Shown here piece after piece: positions 7,528 through 17,187 of a DNA stretch of 64,000 bases (positions are counted from its first letter, which is position 1; every line of letters starts with the position of its first letter). This stretch comes from Candidatus Woesearchaeota archaeon (GTDB taxonomy: Archaea; Nanobdellota; Nanobdellia; SCGC-AAA011-G17; PNOQ01). Below the pieces are notes generated by a model, which saw only the letters and a program-made list of their open reading frames with translations, did not search any database and was not told where the DNA came from. The translations under genes and the position numbers were made by a program. The stretch is from NCBI GenBank assembly GCA_964587005.1, contig CAZPJW010000002.1, forward strand, positions 12,487 through 76,486, written 5' to 3'.

Positions 7528-7995
7528 TTAGGGTTTTAGCTCGTTATTGAAGATTTTAATGAAAGACTCGTGATGTAAGTTTATCCCCGCAGAAACAAAG
7601 GCATCTGCAAACTTCATTATAATCTCTTTCTGAGTTAGGTTTTTAGAAGAAAAAGAAAGTAGGTTTGTGAGAGTATGATTACAAAGGAATCCTTCATTTA
7701 ATTCTATACAAACTGATTTATTGTTCTCGTCGACGGAGAGTCTATCTAGATCTATATTTATTGAGTCTTTCATTAATAAATTTTTATTGAGAATAAATCC
7801 TTTTCCAATTAATTCATTAATTACTGAGCCCTTTATTGTGGTAGCTTTTGTTTGTGTCTTGTTCTCTGGAAGCTTGATTATTTTGCCCAGATATTTTGTT
7901 GTTTTTTGACGAGATTGTTTCTTTCTTTTGTTATATTTATTCTCGACTAGATATGCATATTCTACGTTATTTATTTTTTTCTTTCTAATAAACAT
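7528..7995 (-). CDS. Hypothetical protein with a basic N-terminal beta-sheet nucleic-acid-binding-like motif
   Basis: FIRKKKINNVEYAYLVENKY...RQKTTKYLGK; no catalytic transposase domain visible. Confidence 0.6.
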   Translation of the reverse strand: MFIRKKKINNVEYAYLVENKYNKRKKQSRQKTTKYLGKIIKLPENKTQTKATTIKGSVINELIGKGFILNKNLLMKDSINIDLDRLSVDENNKSVCIELNEGFLCNHTLTNLLSFSSKNLTQKEIIMKFADAFVSAGINLHHESFIKIFNNELKP

Positions 7996-8025
7996 GATTA
8001 ACTGAAAGAATGTTAATATTAAAAT

Positions 8026-8544
8026 TTATCTATAAATTGAAAATCTATCTTGTTCACACATAATTACCATTATTGACTTCTGATTCTTTTCTTTTAATGA
8101 TGCTAGTGTAATCAAATCTTGTTGGGAGGCTATGCAGTGTCTAAATGGGTGAGAATGGAGTAATATTAATGTGTCTTCTGAGCAGGGTTTGAAAGAAACG
8201 TGGTTGTATGTTTGCTCAATTATTTCTGGTTGGTAAATTTCATCAATTATATAATCTTCTTCTGTGGTGCCCTTAAGACATACAACCATTTCTACGGATA
8301 GATCTTTGTTATAATATTCTTGGAGTTCTTCGTATGTATCTCCAGTAAACATAACAGAAAAAGTATCTAATGTAATTGTTTTATTATTAGCCATCTGTGA
8401 TTCAGATAATGAAGCTATTATTGGAAAAATTGGATAACTTGCTAGTATATATGAAGTAATTAACAATAGCAAGAAAATTGCTAGAATAGCAATACTTATT
8501 TTCTTCCATTTTGAAGTTTCTTCAATTTCATAATCTTCGATCAT
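8026..8544 (-). CDS. Membrane-anchored JAB/MPN-domain protein
   Basis: N-terminal TM; E...HSHP....ASQQD JAMM-type motif. Confidence 0.7.
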   Translation of the reverse strand: MIEDYEIEETSKWKKISIAILAIFLLLLITSYILASYPIFPIIASLSESQMANNKTITLDTFSVMFTGDTYEELQEYYNKDLSVEMVVCLKGTTEEDYIIDEIYQPEIIEQTYNHVSFKPCSEDTLILLHSHPFRHCIASQQDLITLASLKEKNQKSIMVIMCEQDRFSIYR

Positions 8545-8610
8545 TTTTTAATTAAATCTCTTGCTCTTTTTAAAAGGTAAGTTTTTAAATTGTTTTATAA
8601 TTAAATTTAC

Positions 8611-9213
8611 ATGGATAGAAAGATAAAGCAGCTGAATGAATTAGATCGTCTGGGAAAATCAATAAGACTTGCAGCTGAAAAGTGGGGAACTCCTTGGAAA
8701 ACATTAATATCAATAATTTTGTCAGCTAGAACCAGAGATGAAACAACCATCGTTGTTGCTAAAAGGTTGTTTAAGGAATTTCCTAGTTTGATCAAACTCT
8801 CTAATTCAAAGTTGGTAGAGATTGAAAGGATTATAAAACCAATAAATTTCTATAAAAATAAATCAAAGAACATTCTAAATTGTGCTAAAAAATTGGTTAA
8901 TGAATATGATTCATGTGTTCCAATGGAATTTGAAGCATTATTAACACTCCCTGGTGTTGGGAGGAAAACAGCGAATGTATTCCTATCTGAGCATGGGGGA
9001 GCCAATATTGGCGTAGACACCCATGTTTTCTATATTTCTAAGCAACTGGGTTGGTGTAACGGAAAAACCCCAGATAAGGTTGAGGGTGAGCTGAAGGTGG
9101 CCTTCCATAAGCGATATTGGAGAAGATTAAACCCAACAATGGTCAGGTTTGGTAAAACATATACTAGTAGAAAAGAAAAGGATAAATTATTAGAGAAAAT
9201 CAAGAATTTATGA
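8611..9213 (+). CDS. nth: Endonuclease III (HhH-GPD glycosylase) lacking the C-terminal Fe-S motif
   Basis: ILSART, LPGVGRKTANV, VDTHV. Confidence 0.85.
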   Translation: MDRKIKQLNELDRLGKSIRLAAEKWGTPWKTLISIILSARTRDETTIVVAKRLFKEFPSLIKLSNSKLVEIERIIKPINFYKNKSKNILNCAKKLVNEYDSCVPMEFEALLTLPGVGRKTANVFLSEHGGANIGVDTHVFYISKQLGWCNGKTPDKVEGELKVAFHKRYWRRLNPTMVRFGKTYTSRKEKDKLLEKIKNL

Positions 9214-9331
9214 CTTGTTTGTGCTAAATTTGGGTTTACTTTTGAAGTAGTATCGGCTTACAAAATATAGGTAAAAATTGCTATAATGGACTTAGGGAAT
9301 ATATATAAATAAAATTCAATAAAGGGCATTA

Positions 9332-9439
9332 ATGAATAAAGAAATAAAGATTCTTAGAATAATGAAGGAAGAGGGTTGTGATTGGGAAGAGGCTCAAAAA
9401 AGAGAAATGGAAAGAAAGAACCTTAGCGAGTTTTTCTAA
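9332..9439 (+). CDS. Putative 35-aa microprotein ending in a PIP-box-like motif
   Basis: Manual translation MNKEIKILRIMKEEGCDWEEAQKREMERKNLSEFF; TATA-like element about 25-30 bp upstream. Confidence 0.5.
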   Translation: MNKEIKILRIMKEEGCDWEEAQKREMERKNLSEFF

Positions 9440-9840
9440 TTTAAATTTACAATTGGCAATTTTATATGTGGTGGCAAATTTACATCTTGGCTTAATGTTA
9501 ATGCCTTAATATTGCATCTTGCTAATATTGAATTGATTATTGGTGTTGATACTTCTTTTGAAAGCTTTTTATCTTTCTTCCAGGCCTTTGCTATGTCATC
9601 AATCTTTTTTGGTTCGTCCATGAATAGAAGATGGCCATTTATTTGAATTGCACCAATCTTTGGTTCATATGCTGCTTTAAACTCAAAATTAAATTTCAAA
9701 ATATCTTCTGAACTAGTTATGGAAAGCTTTTCTTGTTGAACATCAGTTATATTAACGTTGTTATTAATTTGTACTTTTCCAGTTATTTTATTGTCTTTTT
9801 TTGCTCCAAGTTTATCAAAGTTAAATCCTACTATTGGCAT
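9436..9840 (-). CDS. Conserved archaeal hypothetical protein
   Basis: MPIVGFNFDK...VNLPPHIKLP pattern; SD GGTGA upstream. Confidence 0.7.
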   Translation of the reverse strand: MPIVGFNFDKLGAKKDNKITGKVQINNNVNITDVQQEKLSITSSEDILKFNFEFKAAYEPKIGAIQINGHLLFMDEPKKIDDIAKAWKKDKKLSKEVSTPIINSILARCNIKALTLSQDVNLPPHIKLPIVNLN

Positions 9841-9886
9841 TTCGCATCACCTAGAATTAGGATCTTTGATTCATTTATAAGTGTTT

Positions 9887-11545
9887 CTACATTTCTTCAG
9901 GAGATTTTATTCCCAATAGGTATAGTCCTGAAGCCAATATTTGTTTTGTGCAGAAAACTAGAAGTAATCTTGCTTTTTGGAGTTTTTTGTCTTTTGTAAT
10001 ACAGGGATATTTGTGATAGTATTCATTAAATGCGTGGGAGAGTTTTAATAAATATTGTGCCAATATGCTTGGTTTATGTTGATCTGCGGCGTTCTTTATA
10101 ATATCGGGGAATTCTCCTAATTTTGAAATTAATGCTCTTTCTTTATCTTTGTTTAATAAATCAAAATTAATGTTACTAGTTATATCTACTTGTTTCTTTT
10201 TAAGAATTGATGCTGCCCTTGTGTGAGAATATTGTATGTATGGTCCAGTATCTCCTCTAAACGATATTGATTTTTTTATATCAAATACTATTTCTTTATT
10301 TGGGTCCGGAAGCAACATATCAAATCTTATTGCTGCAGAAAATATGTTTTTCTTGATGCTTTTTTGGTTTGTTTTAGATTTGTTTGTGTGTCTTTTTGTT
10401 ATTTCTTTTTCAAGTAACTGTGATAGTTTTCTTTTTAGTTCTTTGTATAAAATTATTTTGCCAGATCTTGAAGACATTCTGCCTTCTGGCAAATGAACAA
10501 GGCCATAGGATATATGATAACATTTTTTTGCTTGTTTGTAGCCATATAATTCAAGTAATTTGAAAAGTTGTTTAAAATGAAGTCTTTGTTCGTTTCCTAC
10601 TACATATAATGAACTGTCTAGTTTGTATTTTTTTATTCTGTCTATGGCCATGGACAAATCTTTTGTTAGGTACATTGCTGTCCCGTCTGTTCTTACCAAT
10701 ATTAGTGTGTGGAGATTATATTTGTCTAGATTTGCTACTATTGCTCCTTCGTCATGTTTGGCTACTTTTAATTTTAATAATTTAGTTACTATTTCTTTTC
10801 CAATTTTTGTGTATTCTGAATCATAGTAAAGTTTGTCAAATTTAACATCTAAATCTTGATAGATTTCATTGAAATGGGTTTCACTCCATTTTAGGCCTTG
10901 TTTAAAGAGTTTCGTGTACTTTTTATCTTTATTTTCTAGTTTTTGATGAATTATGCTAAATTCTTTTTCCTTATTTTTTGTAGCTGATTTTGAATAAATA
11001 TTGCCTAGCCATTCACCTAAATCATTATCTTTGGGTTTGGGAACTTTTAAATTCTCGAGTCCCCAAATACATTTTGCTACATGTTTTCCGGTATCATTAT
11101 AATAATTTACTGGAATAACTGTTTTACCTTGAAATCTTAATAACCTAGTTAAGCTTTCCCCAAGAACTGTATTTCTTAGGTGCCCGATATGGAACCCTTT
11201 AAATGGGTTGGGATTAGAAAATTCAATCATAACTTTTTCTTTTTTAGTATTTTTTCCGAAATTTTGTTTTTCTTTAAAGATTTGTTTTAGAATCATATCT
11301 TTTTTTATGAAAATATTAAGATATGGTCCATGTGATTCTAGTTTATCTATGAATTTTGGGAGTTTTAGTTTTTCTAAATCTTTTGCTATTGTTTGTGGTT
11401 GTTTTTTTAATTTTCTGGCAAGTATAAAACAAGGAAATGCATAATCACCCACATTCTTGGAAGGAGTACTTTTTAGAACTGTTTCATTAAATTTTTCATT
11501 TAGTTCTTTATTTAAGAATTGTATGATTTTTTTCTTGTAGTCCAT
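9887..11545 (-). CDS. argS: Arginine--tRNA ligase
   Basis: EFSNPNPFKGFHIGHLRN, MSSRSG, GPYIQYSH, C-terminal EEM. Confidence 0.95.
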   Translation of the reverse strand: MDYKKKIIQFLNKELNEKFNETVLKSTPSKNVGDYAFPCFILARKLKKQPQTIAKDLEKLKLPKFIDKLESHGPYLNIFIKKDMILKQIFKEKQNFGKNTKKEKVMIEFSNPNPFKGFHIGHLRNTVLGESLTRLLRFQGKTVIPVNYYNDTGKHVAKCIWGLENLKVPKPKDNDLGEWLGNIYSKSATKNKEKEFSIIHQKLENKDKKYTKLFKQGLKWSETHFNEIYQDLDVKFDKLYYDSEYTKIGKEIVTKLLKLKVAKHDEGAIVANLDKYNLHTLILVRTDGTAMYLTKDLSMAIDRIKKYKLDSSLYVVGNEQRLHFKQLFKLLELYGYKQAKKCYHISYGLVHLPEGRMSSRSGKIILYKELKRKLSQLLEKEITKRHTNKSKTNQKSIKKNIFSAAIRFDMLLPDPNKEIVFDIKKSISFRGDTGPYIQYSHTRAASILKKKQVDITSNINFDLLNKDKERALISKLGEFPDIIKNAADQHKPSILAQYLLKLSHAFNEYYHKYPCITKDKKLQKARLLLVFCTKQILASGLYLLGIKSPEEM

Positions 11546-11555
11546 TAACGTTGTT

Positions 11556-13406
11556 TTATTTGAACTTCCTTAAGAAGTTTTTGTTTTTTTCTAAATCTAA
11601 TATATTTTCTAGAACTTGTTTAATATTGGTTACTGGTATTATTTTAATTTTTGATTTTTTGTTGTTTGGTAAAATTATGTCTTTTTCATTTGCTTTGGGG
11701 ATAATTACTCGTTTCAGGCCTGCTTCAATAGCTGCTTCTACTTTTGAGTTTACTCCTCCTACTGCCAAAACATCTCCTCTAACCGAAAGAGAGCCAGTCA
11801 TTGCAGTATCTTGTCTTATTGGAATTTTTTTCAGAGCCGAGATAATTGCTGTAGCTACGGCAATAGATGCAGAATCTCCTTCAACCCCCTCATGAGTTTG
11901 TAAAAATTGAACGTAAATATCATATTTTTCTTTGATATCTTCTCCAAAATACTTCATAATAATAGCTGAGACATTTTTTATTGCTTCTTTGGCAATGTTG
12001 CCTAATGATCCTGTTGCTATAAATTCGGCCTTTTTTCCTCCTGGTGTTACTTCTGATTCGATTGGAAGAATTAGTCCAGAAAAGTGAGGAGAATGTCCTA
12101 AAACTGCTAATCCGTTGACTCTTCCAATTAAAGAGCCTTTTGTTTTTATTATGTCATATTCTTTTTTAGTTTCTATATATTTGTCTGCTAGTTGCTGTTC
12201 TAGAGTTCTTGCATATATTCTAGCTTTTTTTATGTGTTCTGGCTCAACTAATTTTGAATTTGCTTCTATTGCTACATCCCCCGCTGCCCTTACTAATCCA
12301 CCTAAATCTCTTAAATGTAATGTTAATTTGTTTGATTTCCCTGATTTGATTTTTGATTCTTTTATGATTTCTTTTATTGCTTCTGAAGAAAAAGGAGGAA
12401 TTTTTTCATCTTTTTTTATTTCTTGAGCAATAAAAATAGCTATTTTTTTTCTGTTTTGAATGTTGTCATCCATTTCGTTGTTCATATATATTTCATAACC
12501 ATATCCCCTAATTCTTGATCGTAGGGCAGGATGCATATTTTTTATTGTTTCTAAATTTCCTGCGGCAACCAAAACAAAATCACATGGAACGGGTTCAGTT
12601 CTAACCATTGCTCCTGCAGATCTTTCTGATTGCCCGGTGATAGAATATCTTTTTTCTTGTAGTGCTGTCAATAATTCTTGTTGTGTTTCTGGTCTTAATG
12701 TGGCGATTTCATCAATAAATAAAACTCCCTTGTTTGCTCTATGTATCATCCCCGGAACTACTCTTTCATGGGCAGGTGTTCCTAAACCTCCTGACTGAAA
12801 TGGATCGTGTAATACATCTCCAAGTAAGGCACCAGCATGAGCACCGGTTGCATCAAAAAAAGGTGCCTTGTTTGTTTTTTTGTGATTTATAATTAATTTA
12901 GGTAATCCTTTTTCATTTGTTTTTATTTTTTTATTTACATTAAAAAAGATAACAAATATTGCTAAAAATATCATGGAACCTATTAATGATGCTGCTCCCA
13001 TAATATCACCATACTGATTCCTTATCCACCATGGGGAAAGTATTGCCAATATAAAAATTACTATAAATAAAATATTTTTTCCTTTTAGAGAAGTCATATG
13101 TTCTAATCTTAAATTTTTGATTAGATCATTTCCTTTACCTGGTGGAAATGTTTGTATTTTGGGGACATTTTCATCTTCTTGGTTATTTAAAGAAACAACA
13201 TCTTGAAGTGTTTCTTTTGGAAGTAATTCTGCCAGTGCTTGACCAAGCATGGATTTTCCTGTGCCTGGTTCACCTATTAACAAAACGTGCCGTCTTTGTC
13301 TGGATGCCTTTTCTATAATTTTGAGACCTTCGTCTTGACCTATTACTTGTTCTGAGAGTTTTTTTGGGACATTTATCTCTCTTGTTGATTTTATTATTTT
13401 AGGCAT
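11556..13406 (-). CDS. lonB: Archaeal LonB ATP-dependent protease
   Basis: GEPGTGKS Walker A, TM insert, GDSAS catalytic Ser, downstream Lys. Confidence 0.95.
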   Translation of the reverse strand: MPKIIKSTREINVPKKLSEQVIGQDEGLKIIEKASRQRRHVLLIGEPGTGKSMLGQALAELLPKETLQDVVSLNNQEDENVPKIQTFPPGKGNDLIKNLRLEHMTSLKGKNILFIVIFILAILSPWWIRNQYGDIMGAASLIGSMIFLAIFVIFFNVNKKIKTNEKGLPKLIINHKKTNKAPFFDATGAHAGALLGDVLHDPFQSGGLGTPAHERVVPGMIHRANKGVLFIDEIATLRPETQQELLTALQEKRYSITGQSERSAGAMVRTEPVPCDFVLVAAGNLETIKNMHPALRSRIRGYGYEIYMNNEMDDNIQNRKKIAIFIAQEIKKDEKIPPFSSEAIKEIIKESKIKSGKSNKLTLHLRDLGGLVRAAGDVAIEANSKLVEPEHIKKARIYARTLEQQLADKYIETKKEYDIIKTKGSLIGRVNGLAVLGHSPHFSGLILPIESEVTPGGKKAEFIATGSLGNIAKEAIKNVSAIIMKYFGEDIKEKYDIYVQFLQTHEGVEGDSASIAVATAIISALKKIPIRQDTAMTGSLSVRGDVLAVGGVNSKVEAAIEAGLKRVIIPKANEKDIILPNNKKSKIKIIPVTNIKQVLENILDLEKNKNFLRKFK

Positions 13407-13429
13407 TTTAGAAAGGAAGAGGGTAAAAA

Positions 13430-13693
13430 TTAAATAATGTCTTCTTCAGCAACAACAATAAAATCTCCTATTGCTATAACTGCACTATATGGTATAAGTG
13501 GTTGACCACCGTCTGTTCTTTCTAGATCTAAACCGTTAGCTAAGGTAGTAGGATTCTTTAATTCTAATTGTAATAACTCCCCAGTTTTAGTTTCAAAATG
13601 AATATTACCCAAATCTCCAAATTTTTTTCCAGTTTTGCTTACTATGGTTTTACCAAGCAATTGTTTTGAATATCTTTTATCATTGTTTGCCAT
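13430..13693 (-). CDS. PRC-barrel protein (CdpB-like)
   Basis: [15 protein letters not shown]...[15 protein letters not shown]. Confidence 0.8.
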   Translation of the reverse strand: MANNDKRYSKQLLGKTIVSKTGKKFGDLGNIHFETKTGELLQLELKNPTTLANGLDLERTDGGQPLIPYSAVIAIGDFIVVAEEDII

Positions 13694-13743
13694 TTTAATG
13701 GGCCTCCTAAATAAGGTAGTATCATATTCTTTATAAAATTTTC

Positions 13744-14055
13744 TTAACCATCATTTAACCTATCAACTATATTCTCCTTAATGTTCGAGAATAATTCCTT
13801 TATATTATCACCAATTTCCGATATTAATGGTTCTTTATTGATATTATGGACTATTGAAGCACCTGTTTGAACATATTCATTATCTGAATTCATTAATTCA
13901 TTTGTTGAAAGACTGCTAATAAGAGTAAATAATAATATTATTACTACAAAAAAAACCAAAACTAATCTTAATGTGGTTCTAGTGAATAAGTGCTTTGTCA
14001 TTTCTAATATGAAAAAACCAATTACAATAATTATTGTCAATAATATTGGATCCAT
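13744..14055 (-). CDS. Small membrane protein
   Basis: Two TM helices followed by QTGASIV. Confidence 0.6.
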   Translation of the reverse strand: MDPILLTIIIVIGFFILEMTKHLFTRTTLRLVLVFFVVIILLFTLISSLSTNELMNSDNEYVQTGASIVHNINKEPLISEIGDNIKELFSNIKENIVDRLNDG

Positions 14056-14112
14056 TCTTTAGTATTTTCTATTTTAATAATTTATAAATATTTGTATATT
14101 TTGTTAGGGGGT

Positions 14113-14431
14113 CCCACCCATGTTTCATGTGGAATATGTAATTTTCTGAAATAATTTGATATTTCATATGGAAGAAGTAATTTGTTGTAAGGTTTATAGA
14201 AGATAAATTGATTTTTTGTTATATTTTATATGGTTTGTTAGGTTATTAAATTTGGGTTAAATTAGCTATTTTATTCAACAATTTAAATTTTATTTTTAAA
14301 ATTAATTATTATATATTATTATATATTATATTATATATATTATATAGTGTTACTCTTAGAAAGTTTCTATAAGAAATGAAGGGTATATTTTGTTGAATTT
14401 TGAATTTTGTTTTTTCCATATGAAATAGAGG
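14113..14431. other. Probable replication origin (oriC)
   Basis: ORB-like boxes TTCCA(C/T)ATGAAA on the minus strand at 14113-14134 (with G-string) and 14162-14173, and on the plus strand at 14365-14383 (degenerate) and 14414-14431. They flank a 67-bp pure A/T tract (14280-14346) upstream of cdc6, and gene orientation switches here. Confidence 0.8.
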
Positions 14432-14493
14432 TCCGTGTCTCTAGTTTTTAGTATAATAATATTTATAATCAATATCCGATATAACTTATTTCT

Positions 14494-15702
14494 ATGGTTG
14501 ATTCAGATATAAATAATTTTTTTGAAGATTTTTTGAAGAAAGAAGGTTTGTTTAAGAATAAAAAAGTTTTACAATCTAGTTATACTCCCGATAATATCCC
14601 TCATAGAGAAAAGGAAATAAAAGAAATAGCTGGGATATTGGCACCTGCTTTGAGAGGCGAGAAGCCTTCTAATCTTTTTTTATATGGGAAAACAGGTACG
14701 GGGAAAACTCTTTCGGTCTTACATGTTGTTAATAAATTGAAAAAAATTGCTAAAGGAAAGAAAGTAGCAATTAAAATACATTACTTAAATTGTAAATTGA
14801 AAAAGGTGGCGGATACAGAATATCGTTTGATTGCTAATTTGGCAAGAAAGTTTGGTAAAGATGTACCCATTACAGGATTAGCTACAGATGAAATTTATAA
14901 GAGATTTATTGATGGTATTGATGAGGAAGATCAAAATATAGTTTTAGTTTTAGATGAAATAGACCAATTAGTCAAAAAGGCAGGAGATGAAATTTTATAT
15001 AATTTAACCAGACTTAATTCTGAGTTGGAAAAAACACAAATAACTTTTGTTGGCATATCAAATGATTTAAGATTTGCGAATGATTTAGATCCTAGAGTAA
15101 AATCTTCATTAACTGAAGAAGATATTAATTTTCCCTCTTATAACGCATTACAACTACAAGATATATTAAATGAAAGAGCGAAAAAAGCATTTAAAAAAGA
15201 AATCATTGAAGAAGGTGCTATTGAAAAATGTGCTGCTTTGGCTGCTAGGGAACATGGAGATGCAAGAAGGGCCCTTGATTTGTTGAGGGTGGCAGGAGAA
15301 TTAGCTGAGAGAAAGGGATTTGAAAAATTATTAATAAAACATATAGATGATGCTGAAGATAAAATTGAAAGGGATTTGATATCCGATGTTATTAGTACAT
15401 TACCTAAACAATCTCAATTAGTATTGCTCTCAACTTTTAATCTATATGGGAAGAATAACTCAAAAATATTTACCGGCGATGTTTATAATTTGTATAAAAA
15501 TATTTCATCCGACATTGGTTTAAAACCGTTAACTCAAAGAAGAATGTCAGATCTTATATCTGAATTGGATATGTTGGGGATAATTAATGCAAAAGTGATA
15601 AGTAAAGGTAGGTATGGTAGAACTAGAGAAATAAGTATGACCATACCTGATTCTGAAATTCCTGATTTGAAAGAGGGACTTAAGAAATGGTTGAATCTGT
15701 AA
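14494..15702 (+). CDS. cdc6: Orc1/Cdc6 replication initiator
   Basis: YGKTGTGKT, LDEID, GDARRALDLL, C-terminal wHTH with GRYGRT. Confidence 0.95.
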   Translation: MVDSDINNFFEDFLKKEGLFKNKKVLQSSYTPDNIPHREKEIKEIAGILAPALRGEKPSNLFLYGKTGTGKTLSVLHVVNKLKKIAKGKKVAIKIHYLNCKLKKVADTEYRLIANLARKFGKDVPITGLATDEIYKRFIDGIDEEDQNIVLVLDEIDQLVKKAGDEILYNLTRLNSELEKTQITFVGISNDLRFANDLDPRVKSSLTEEDINFPSYNALQLQDILNERAKKAFKKEIIEEGAIEKCAALAAREHGDARRALDLLRVAGELAERKGFEKLLIKHIDDAEDKIERDLISDVISTLPKQSQLVLLSTFNLYGKNNSKIFTGDVYNLYKNISSDIGLKPLTQRRMSDLISELDMLGIINAKVISKGRYGRTREISMTIPDSEIPDLKEGLKKWLNL

Positions 15703-17186
15703 AAGAAATTATAAAATTGTTTTTGGACAGAGGGTATTTAATAAATCCAGATTTTATTGGAAAGTCCGAGTTAGATATTGAAGTTTTTGAAAAATATTTA
15801 GAAAAAAACGAAACTGGTGAATTGTTGATGTTTAATGAATCTATGTTAAATTCTTTAATTGAAAGAAAAAAAGAAATAGAAGAAAGAACTCTGATTACTG
15901 AAACTTCAAATGAAGATGCTGGTTTTGTTAAGGTTGTTAAGAGTTATAATAAAAAACAAAAAAAGGTTGAAATACAAGATTTTGTGTTGCATTATCAAAA
16001 AAGATATGAATTGTTAAAAAAAATATTACAAAGTAGAGGAGATCTAATAGCACCTTTATCTATTTCTAGAATATTATCAAAAAGGAATAGAGAGAAAGTT
16101 TCTACTATTGGCATAGTTTATGAAAAAAACATCACAAAAAATAATAATATAATTTTGAATGTGGAGGATAACACGGGTAGCATAAGTGTTTTGATTAATA
16201 ACTCCAAGGATGAATTGTTCAAAAAAGCAAAAGATATTGTGTTGGATGAAGTTATTGGTTTAAGAGGAGTCAATGGAGATAAAATTGTTTTTGCAGATGA
16301 AATTTTTTTCCCAGATATTCCATTAAATGATAGTGTAAAGACTAGTCCCATAGAGAATTATCTTGCTATTATCTCGGATGTTCATGTAGGTTCTAGTTTA
16401 TTTTTGGAAAATGACTTTTTAAAATTCATAAATTGGCTTAATGGAAAAACTGGAAGTAAAGAACAAAGAGAAATAGCTAAAAAAGTAAAATATTTGTTTA
16501 TAGTTGGTGATTTGGTTGATGGTGTTGGGATATTTCCTAACCAAGAGTATGAGCAGGATTTACCAGATATATATTCTCAGTACAAGAAAAGTGCAGAATT
16601 GTTAGGTCAAATAAGAAAAGACTTGAGAATAATAATTTGCCCAGGGAATCATGATGCTGTAAGACTAGCAGAACCACAACCAGTTTTGGATCCAGAAATA
16701 GCTAAACCAATTTATGAGTTAGAGAATGTTGTAGTAGTTAGCAATCCGGCTGTAGTAAATATAGAAAAAAGTGAGGGGTTTCCAGGATTTGATGTATTGT
16801 TATATCATGGTTATAGTTATGATGACTATTCTGCAAATGTTGAAAGCATACGGTTTTCTGGAGCAACAATTTCAGATAGGACAAATATGGTTATGAAATT
16901 TTTATTACAAAAGAGACACTTGGCTCCTACGCATGGTTCAACTTTATTTATTCCTGATCCTGATGAAGATGACTTAGTTATTGATAGTGTCCCCGATTTT
17001 TTTGTTTCTGGTCACATTCATAAGGCCAATATTACCCAATATGGGAAAGTCACTAAAATTTCTGGTGGGTGTTGGGAATCTATAACCCCCTTTCAGATAA
17101 AAACTGGGCATAGTCCCGAACCAGGGAAAGTGCCTATTGTGAATTTAAAGACCAGGGCAACAAAAATATTAAAATTTTTGGACTAA
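15687..17186 (+). CDS. polB: DNA polymerase D small (proofreading) subunit DP1
   Basis: OB fold; SDVHVGS, GDLVDG, PGNHD, GHIH phosphoesterase motifs. Confidence 0.95.
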   Translation: MVESVKEIIKLFLDRGYLINPDFIGKSELDIEVFEKYLEKNETGELLMFNESMLNSLIERKKEIEERTLITETSNEDAGFVKVVKSYNKKQKKVEIQDFVLHYQKRYELLKKILQSRGDLIAPLSISRILSKRNREKVSTIGIVYEKNITKNNNIILNVEDNTGSISVLINNSKDELFKKAKDIVLDEVIGLRGVNGDKIVFADEIFFPDIPLNDSVKTSPIENYLAIISDVHVGSSLFLENDFLKFINWLNGKTGSKEQREIAKKVKYLFIVGDLVDGVGIFPNQEYEQDLPDIYSQYKKSAELLGQIRKDLRIIICPGNHDAVRLAEPQPVLDPEIAKPIYELENVVVVSNPAVVNIEKSEGFPGFDVLLYHGYSYDDYSANVESIRFSGATISDRTNMVMKFLLQKRHLAPTHGSTLFIPDPDEDDLVIDSVPDFFVSGHIHKANITQYGKVTKISGGCWESITPFQIKTGHSPEPGKVPIVNLKTRATKILKFLD

Positions 17187-17187
17187 A

